Of a DNA stretch of 64,000 bases, positions 58,110 through 64,000 are shown piece after piece; position 1 is the first letter of the stretch; the number at the start of each line of letters is the position of its first letter. Origin of the DNA: an uncultured delta proteobacterium (lineage in GTDB: Bacteria; Desulfobacterota; Syntrophia; Syntrophales; Smithellaceae); contig CAVWEH010000005.1 in NCBI GenBank assembly GCA_963753975.1, positions 672,001 to 736,000 of the forward strand, written 5' to 3'. A program made the position numbers and the translations under genes. Below the pieces are notes generated by a model, which had not been told where the DNA came from, ran no database searches, and was given only the letters and a program-made list of their open reading frames with translations.

Positions 58110-59056
58110 ATATTGTAGAGAATTTTGATTTATATGCCCCGCGGCTGGTAAATAAGAAGGAATTGTTCTGCGCCGGCCACCGCGCCTGCCAGGGCTGCGG
58201 CGAGGCTTTGGCTGTAAGGCTCATGTGCAAAGCTCTGGGTGAAAATACGGTTATTGCTTCGGCGACCGGTTGCATGGAGATAGTATCGAGCCTGTATCCG
58301 ACTACTGTGTGGGAAGTGCCCTGGATTCATGTGGCCTTTGAAAACGCGGCGGCAGTAGCCTCCGGCGTAGAGGCCGGCCTCAAGGCGCTGCGCAAGAAGG
58401 GCAAGATCGACGACCGCAATATAAAAGTTGTCGGTATGGCGGGTGACGGCGGCACAATGGATATCGGCCTGCAGGCGCTCTCCGGTGCGATGGAACGCGG
58501 ACATGACATGCTTTTTGTCTGTTTCGACAATGAAGCTTATATGAACACGGGAATTCAGCGCTCCAGCGGCACACCGATGGGCGCATCAACTACGACTGCA
58601 CCGGCAGGCAAAATCAGTTACGGGCAGAAGACGTGGAAGAAGAATATGCCGGAGATAATGGTTGCCCACAATGTTCCTTACGTGGCCACGGCTTGTCCCA
58701 GTTACCCGCTTGATTTCATCCGCAAAGTGGAGAAGGCCAAAAAAACCAAAGGGCCTTCTTATATCCATTGCTTCTCCGTGTGTCCGACCGGCTGGCGCTC
58801 ACCCTCGCATTTGACTATCGCTCTGGGACGCCTGGTTGTCGAAACCGGCATATTCCCGCTCTACGAAGTGGAAAACGGCGAGTATAAGATTTCCGCGGAA
58901 ATGCCGAAAAAATTAAAGCCGATTAAAGATTATTTCAAAACGCAGGGACGCTTCCGTCACTTGACGGATGATGAAATCAAGATGATTCAGGAAAGAGTAA
59001 ATAGTGAATACAAAAAACTTTTGAACAAAGTCGAATGCCTGAAAGCATGGGATTGA
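58106..59056 (+). CDS. porB: Pyruvate/2-oxoacid:ferredoxin oxidoreductase beta subunit
   Basis: GHRACQGCG, GDGG (TPP), DNEAYMNTGIQRS, CPTGW. Confidence 0.93.
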   Translation: MNIVENFDLYAPRLVNKKELFCAGHRACQGCGEALAVRLMCKALGENTVIASATGCMEIVSSLYPTTVWEVPWIHVAFENAAAVASGVEAGLKALRKKGKIDDRNIKVVGMAGDGGTMDIGLQALSGAMERGHDMLFVCFDNEAYMNTGIQRSSGTPMGASTTTAPAGKISYGQKTWKKNMPEIMVAHNVPYVATACPSYPLDFIRKVEKAKKTKGPSYIHCFSVCPTGWRSPSHLTIALGRLVVETGIFPLYEVENGEYKISAEMPKKLKPIKDYFKTQGRFRHLTDDEIKMIQERVNSEYKKLLNKVECLKAWD

Positions 59057-59096
59057 TATTGCACGAGGACCGGAAAAATTCTGAGGTGATTTACGC

Positions 59097-59594
59097 ATGA
59101 AGAAAGCCACAACTACTGCCGCAACTACTATAGAAGCGAAAACAAAAGAAATTATAAAAAAACATAACAGGGACAAGAGTTCCTTAATTGCTGTTTTGCA
59201 GGATGTTCAACAACAATATAACTACCTGCCTAAAGACGCGCTCGCGACCGTTAATTGCGAAATGGAAATTCCAGCCAGCCGTATTTATGAGGTGGCAACC
59301 TTTTATGACGCCTTCAGCCTCACACCGAGAGGAGAGCATGTCATCAAGCTTTGCCAGGGTACAGCCTGCCACGTCCGCGGTGCAGCCGCAATACTCGATA
59401 AGCTGGAAAGAACGCTGGGAATAAAACCGGGCGAGACGACCAGCGATCGGAAATTTACTCTGGAGACGGTTAACTGCGTTGGGGCCTGCGCCATCGGTCC
59501 TGTCATGGTAGTCGACGGAGAATATCACGGACAGGTAAACATGGCTAAAGTGGATAAAGTTATCGGACCGCTGAAGAAGGGGGAACAACGATGA
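59097..59594 (+). CDS. NuoE/HydC-like [2Fe-2S] subunit
   Basis: [25 protein letters not shown]. Confidence 0.9.
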   Translation: MKKATTTAATTIEAKTKEIIKKHNRDKSSLIAVLQDVQQQYNYLPKDALATVNCEMEIPASRIYEVATFYDAFSLTPRGEHVIKLCQGTACHVRGAAAILDKLERTLGIKPGETTSDRKFTLETVNCVGACAIGPVMVVDGEYHGQVNMAKVDKVIGPLKKGEQR

Positions 59595-61435
59595 AAAAAA
59601 ATATCGATATTCAAGCCCACCAGCTTCCGGATGATTTGACAAAAAATTACGGTCCGAATAAAAAGTTTGTTACGATTTGCGCCGGCACTGGTTGTCGTGC
59701 TGCGGGCAGTCTCAAGGTCAAAGAGGCCCTCGAGGCCGAATTAAAAAAACAAAACATGAACGTGGATGTCCTCGCCACAGGCTGTTTGGGATTCTGCGAA
59801 AAAGGCCCCATGGTCGTTGTCTATCCCGACAAGTATTTTTATCAGCAGGTAAAAGTCCAGGACGTGCCGGAAATCGTCTCCAAAACCGTGGCCAAAGGGG
59901 AAGTTATCAGCCGCCTGCTCTACCGCCATCCGGAAACGAAAAAAACTTTGTTTCGGGAAGATGACTTGCCCTTTTACAAAAAGCAGCTTCGCGTAGTATT
60001 CGGCCAAAATGGCATGATTGATCCTACGCGGCTCGATGATTATCTTGCCATCGACGGCTACCAGGCGCTGGGCAAAGCGCTTTCCGAAATGACACCTGAA
60101 GGCGTAATCAGCGAAGTGAAGAAGGCCGGCTTGCGCGGCCGTGGCGGCGGAGGCTTTCCTGCGTCCGTCAAGTGGGAAGGAGTACGCAAGGCGCCAGGTG
60201 TTCCCAAATATGTCATCGCCAACGGAGACGAAGGCGACCCCGGAGCCTATATGGACAGAAGCCTCATGGAAGGCAATCCCCACAGCATCATCGAAGGCAT
60301 GATCATCGGTGCTTACGCCGTAGGCGCGCACGAAGGTTATATCTACGTGAGAAACGAATACCCGCTGGCGGTGACGCATCTAACAATAGCGATTGCGGCT
60401 GCCAAGGAAATGGGGCTTTTAGGCAAAAACATTTTAGGCACTGATTTTTCGTTTGATATTCATATTAGCAAAGGTGCAGGAGCATTTGTCTGTGGTGAAT
60501 CCTCCGCGCTGTTTGCTTCGATAGAAGGCCGCGCCGGTGAACCGCGCGCCAAATATGTCCACGCTGTGGAAAAAGGCCTGTGGGACAAACCCACAGTACT
60601 CAACAACGTGGAAACATGGGCCAACGTTCCTCTAATCATCAATCGCGGAGCTGATTGGTATAATTCCATCGGTACGGAAAAAAGCAAGGGTACAAAAATA
60701 TTTTCTCTTGTCGGTAAGATTAATAATACCGGCTTAGTCGAAGTTCCGATGGGCACAACGCTCTACGAAATCATTTACGACATGGGAGGCGGTATTACAA
60801 ACGGCCGTAAGTTCAAAGCCGTGCAGACCGGTGGTCCTTCCGGCGGATGCATTCCGGAGAACCTGCTGGATATTCCCGTTGATTTCGATAAACTCGCCGA
60901 AGTCGGCTCCATGATGGGTTCCGGCGGTATGATCGTCATGGACGACAGTTCCTGTATGGTCGATGTCGCCAGATACTTCCTCGCCTTTCTTAAGGAGGAA
61001 TCCTGCGGCAAATGCGTGCCCTGCCGTGAAGGGGTTCGACGGATGAGTGATATTCTGGAAGATATCTGCGCGGGAAAGGGCAAAGAAGGGGATGTAGAGC
61101 TCTTGGAAACGATGTCGCGTGCCATCAGTGACGGTTCACTTTGTGCGTTAGGTGGCAGCGCCCCAAACCCGGTACTTAGCACTATTAAGTATTTCCGCGA
61201 TGAATATGATGCCCACATCAAGAAAAAACGCTGTCCTGCCGGTGTCTGTAAGGCTCTTATCAAATACAGTATTAATCCCGAAAAGTGTACCGGTTGCGGC
61301 ATGTGCGTCAAGGTATGTCCCACATCAGCCGCAAGCGGAGAAAAGAAGAAACCACATATTATTGATAATGAAAAGTGCATCAGATGCGGCGCCTGCATAG
61401 AGAGCTGCAAATTCGATGCAATAAAGATTGAATAA
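59591..61435 (+). CDS. NuoF/HydB-like FMN/NADH-binding subunit with N-terminal 2Fe-2S and C-terminal 2x[4Fe-4S]
   Basis: [46 protein letters not shown], two CxxCxxCxxxC motifs. Confidence 0.93.
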   Translation: MKKNIDIQAHQLPDDLTKNYGPNKKFVTICAGTGCRAAGSLKVKEALEAELKKQNMNVDVLATGCLGFCEKGPMVVVYPDKYFYQQVKVQDVPEIVSKTVAKGEVISRLLYRHPETKKTLFREDDLPFYKKQLRVVFGQNGMIDPTRLDDYLAIDGYQALGKALSEMTPEGVISEVKKAGLRGRGGGGFPASVKWEGVRKAPGVPKYVIANGDEGDPGAYMDRSLMEGNPHSIIEGMIIGAYAVGAHEGYIYVRNEYPLAVTHLTIAIAAAKEMGLLGKNILGTDFSFDIHISKGAGAFVCGESSALFASIEGRAGEPRAKYVHAVEKGLWDKPTVLNNVETWANVPLIINRGADWYNSIGTEKSKGTKIFSLVGKINNTGLVEVPMGTTLYEIIYDMGGGITNGRKFKAVQTGGPSGGCIPENLLDIPVDFDKLAEVGSMMGSGGMIVMDDSSCMVDVARYFLAFLKEESCGKCVPCREGVRRMSDILEDICAGKGKEGDVELLETMSRAISDGSLCALGGSAPNPVLSTIKYFRDEYDAHIKKKRCPAGVCKALIKYSINPEKCTGCGMCVKVCPTSAASGEKKKPHIIDNEKCIRCGACIESCKFDAIKIE

Positions 61436-61451
61436 AGGCAGGGTATATACA

Positions 61452-62166
61452 ATGGTAAATTTGATTATTGATGACAAAAAAATAGCCGCTCAAAAAAACA
61501 CGATGATCCTGGAAGCCGCCCGTGCCGCCGGAATCGATATACCCACTCTTTGCGCTCATGAGTCGGTTTCCCGTTCGGGCGCCTGCAGACTTTGCGTGGT
61601 GGAAGTGAAAAAAGGGAAACAGGTCTAAGATCGTAACTTCTTGCCTTTATCCGGTGGAAGAAGACATTGTCGTGGAAACAAAAAGTGAGCGGGTCTTAAA
61701 TGTACGCCGTTTGGTGCTGGAATTATTATTGGCCCGGAACCCGGAATCCGACGTCATTGCCGATTTGGCTAAAAAGCTCGGTGTAACGCCTCAGCCTCGA
61801 TTTACTCCGGATACGGATAAAGGCAAATGCATTCTTTGCCGGTCCTGCGTGCGTGTCTGCGAAGAAGTTGTCGGTGTCAGCGCGATCGGATTATCTTGCC
61901 GCGGCTCAGAGAAGAAAGTCGGACCTCCTTATAATGAGGAATCGGCAGTCTGCATCGGCTGCGGCGCCTGCGCCTTTATTTGTCCGACCGGTCATATCGA
62001 AATGGAGACAACCGGGGATAAGAGAATAATTTGGGGACGCACATTTAAAATGCAATCCTGTGACGTTTGCGGCCGCTATTTTGCACCCGTTGATCAGCTA
62101 AAATACATTAGTAAGATAACCGGCGTTCCGTTCAAAGAACTGGCAATTTGCATGGATTGCCGCTGA
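61452..62166 (+). CDS. NuoG/HydA N-terminal-like Fe-S subunit without catalytic domain, 1-nt insertion near 61617
   Basis: IPTLC, GACRLCVVE, TSCLYP after removing one A, CILCRSCVRVC, CIGCGACAFICP, terminal CDVC...CMDC. Confidence 0.85.
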
Positions 62167-62237
62167 CTTTTTTTGTAATTTCCTGTAGATTAGTCAAATG
62201 GTTTCCGCGGCGGCGGATAGGGAAGCCAATTCCCCCA

Positions 62238-62402
62238 AAGGCTACTCCATCTGTAACGTATATGGACGAAATAGAGTTTATGCCCACCGACAAAAATATC
62301 CTCTTTGGTTATTAGTTTAAGCCGATTGCGGGTAAGGCACCGATCATTGGACCGATTATTGCGATCCGGTGGAGATAGCCGCCTGCGTTGATACGGATTC
62401 TG
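62238..62402 (+). pseudogene. Degraded N-terminal fragment of a second CstA-family gene
   Basis: KATPSVTYMDEIEFMPTDKNILFGY*FKPIAGKAPIIGPIIAIRWR*PPALIRIL aligns with the CstA N-terminus; stops at 62313 and 62376. Confidence 0.7.
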
Positions 62403-62559
62403 TATGAATTGTTAGCGCAGGGAGAGAAACTACATTGATGATATCGATAGAAGAGAGAGGCACGCGGTATTCTGATCAGAAGTATGGCCTGCAGAGAGTT
62501 TTTCCTTGACAGGCTGATGATAGTGTTATGTGAAATAAATTTTTCAAAAGGAAAATCGT

Positions 62560-64000
62560 ATGAGCTCATTGTATTTGCTGATTGGTGCATTATGCGTCTT
62601 TGCTTTAGCTTACCGCTACTACGCGGCATTCATCGCGACTAAGGTACTGATGCTGGATGACCGTAATGTCGCACCGTCCATCTCCTGTAACGACGGCCAG
62701 AATTTCGTCCCCACCAACAAGTGGGTTGTCTTCGGCCATCATTTTGCCGCCATCGCCGGAGCGGGCCCTCTGATCGGACCGGTCCTGGCCGCCCAGTACG
62801 GCTGGGGTCCCGGTTTTTTCTGGATTCTGCTGGGCAGTGTCTTTGCCGGTTGCTGTCCATGACATGATCATTCTTTTTGCCTCCTACCGTCACAAAGGCC
62901 AGTCTCTGTCCGTCATTGCCGAAAGAGACGTCAGCAAGCTCACCGGCGGTGTCACGGCAGTCGTCATCCTCTTCATCATTATCGTCGCCCTGGCCGGTCT
63001 CGGCGTGGCCGTGGTGAACGCCCTGTTTAACAATCCCTGGGGCGTCTTTTCCATCGCCATGACGATTCCCATTGCCATGGCCGTCGGCATTTACATGTTC
63101 AAGATCAGACCCGGGGCGATCCTTTCCGGATCCATCGCCGGATTTATTCTGGTCTGCGCCGCCGTTTTCCTGGGGCCCTATATTGCAGACTCCAGTTATG
63201 CCGCCTGGTTTACCTTCAGTAAAGAACGAGGTGTCCGTCATCTTGCCTCTTTACGGCTTCCTGTGCGGCGTCGATTCCCGTCTGGCTCCTCCTCGCCCCC
63301 CGGGACTATCTCAGCACCTTCATGAAGATCGGCGTCATCGCCGCCCTGGCGGTTGGCCTGTTCTTCGTGAATCCCAGTGATCAAGATGCCCTTCACCACC
63401 CAGTTCATGGACGGCGGCGGACCCATCATCCCCGGTCCCTGGTGGCCCTATGTGTTCATTACCATCGCCTGCGGCGCCATTTCCGGATTCCACGCCCTGA
63501 TCGGCTCCGGAACAACGCCAAAGATGATCGAACATGAAACGGAGATTACCATGATCGGCTACGGCGCCATGCTGACCGAAGCTTTGGTCAGCGTCATGGC
63601 CCTGCTCTCCGCCGTCACCCTCAATCCGAGCGACTATTTCGCCATCAATACCTCCGCGGCTGTCTATGCGAAAATTGAAAATGACGGTTGTCGATCTGCC
63701 TGTCCTCAATCAGCTGGTCGGGCTGGATGTAGCCCATCGTCCGGGCGGCGCCATTTCCCTGGCCGTGGGCATGGCCCATGTCTTTGCCAATATCGGCGAG
63801 GGTCTGCGGCACACGATGAAGTACTGGTTCCAGTTCATCATCATGTTCGAGGCGCTGTTTATCCTGACGACCATCGACGCCGGTACCCGCGTGGCCCGCT
63901 ACATCCTCCAGGACATCCTCGGTTATGTCTATAAACCCCTCGAGCCGGAAAGACTGGATTCCCGGTTCTATTTTAACCAGCGCTCTCGTTTCCCTGGCCT
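62560..64000 (+). CDS. cstA: Carbon starvation protein A (peptide/pyruvate transporter), multiple apparent 1-nt insertions, truncated by the window end
   Basis: [54 protein letters not shown] across shifting frames. Confidence 0.88.

Overview
Bacterial chromosomal window. Gene content suggests an anaerobic Desulfobacterota/Syntrophales (Smithella/Syntrophus-like) organism; this is inference. Housekeeping blocks: polA; the siroheme-dependent heme cluster (sirC, ccsA, hemA, hemC, cobA/hemD, ahbC, hemB, ahbD, ahbA); prmA-rsmE; tRNA-Phe; tadA with two tRNA-Ser; ffs-dnaX-ybaB-recR; a two-subunit fumarase; porCDAB followed by a NuoE/F/G-like (HydC/B/A-like) module; cstA. An accessory 1-16 kb region and several gene remnants are interspersed. 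Main points: (1) two selenoproteins missed by the ORF track, a DsbA/FrnE-like UxxC protein and a C-GCAxxG-C-C protein, each with a SECIS-like hairpin; (2) a small GIY-YIG nuclease gene between a duplicated 5' half of tRNA-Ser(CGA) and the intact tRNA; (3) recurrent 18-nt micro-hairpins that appear inserted, sometimes nested, into tRNA fragments, other repeats and possibly in frame in a CDS; (4) a dispersed element with covarying 10-bp stems and fixed 12-nt loops, plus other palindromic MITE-like families; (5) an orphan Mu-like Ner/repressor pair; (6) POR adjacent to a bifurcation-type flavoprotein module with no catalytic subunit. Several genes carry single-base insertions that look like long-read errors. 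All calls are by eye; no searches were run.
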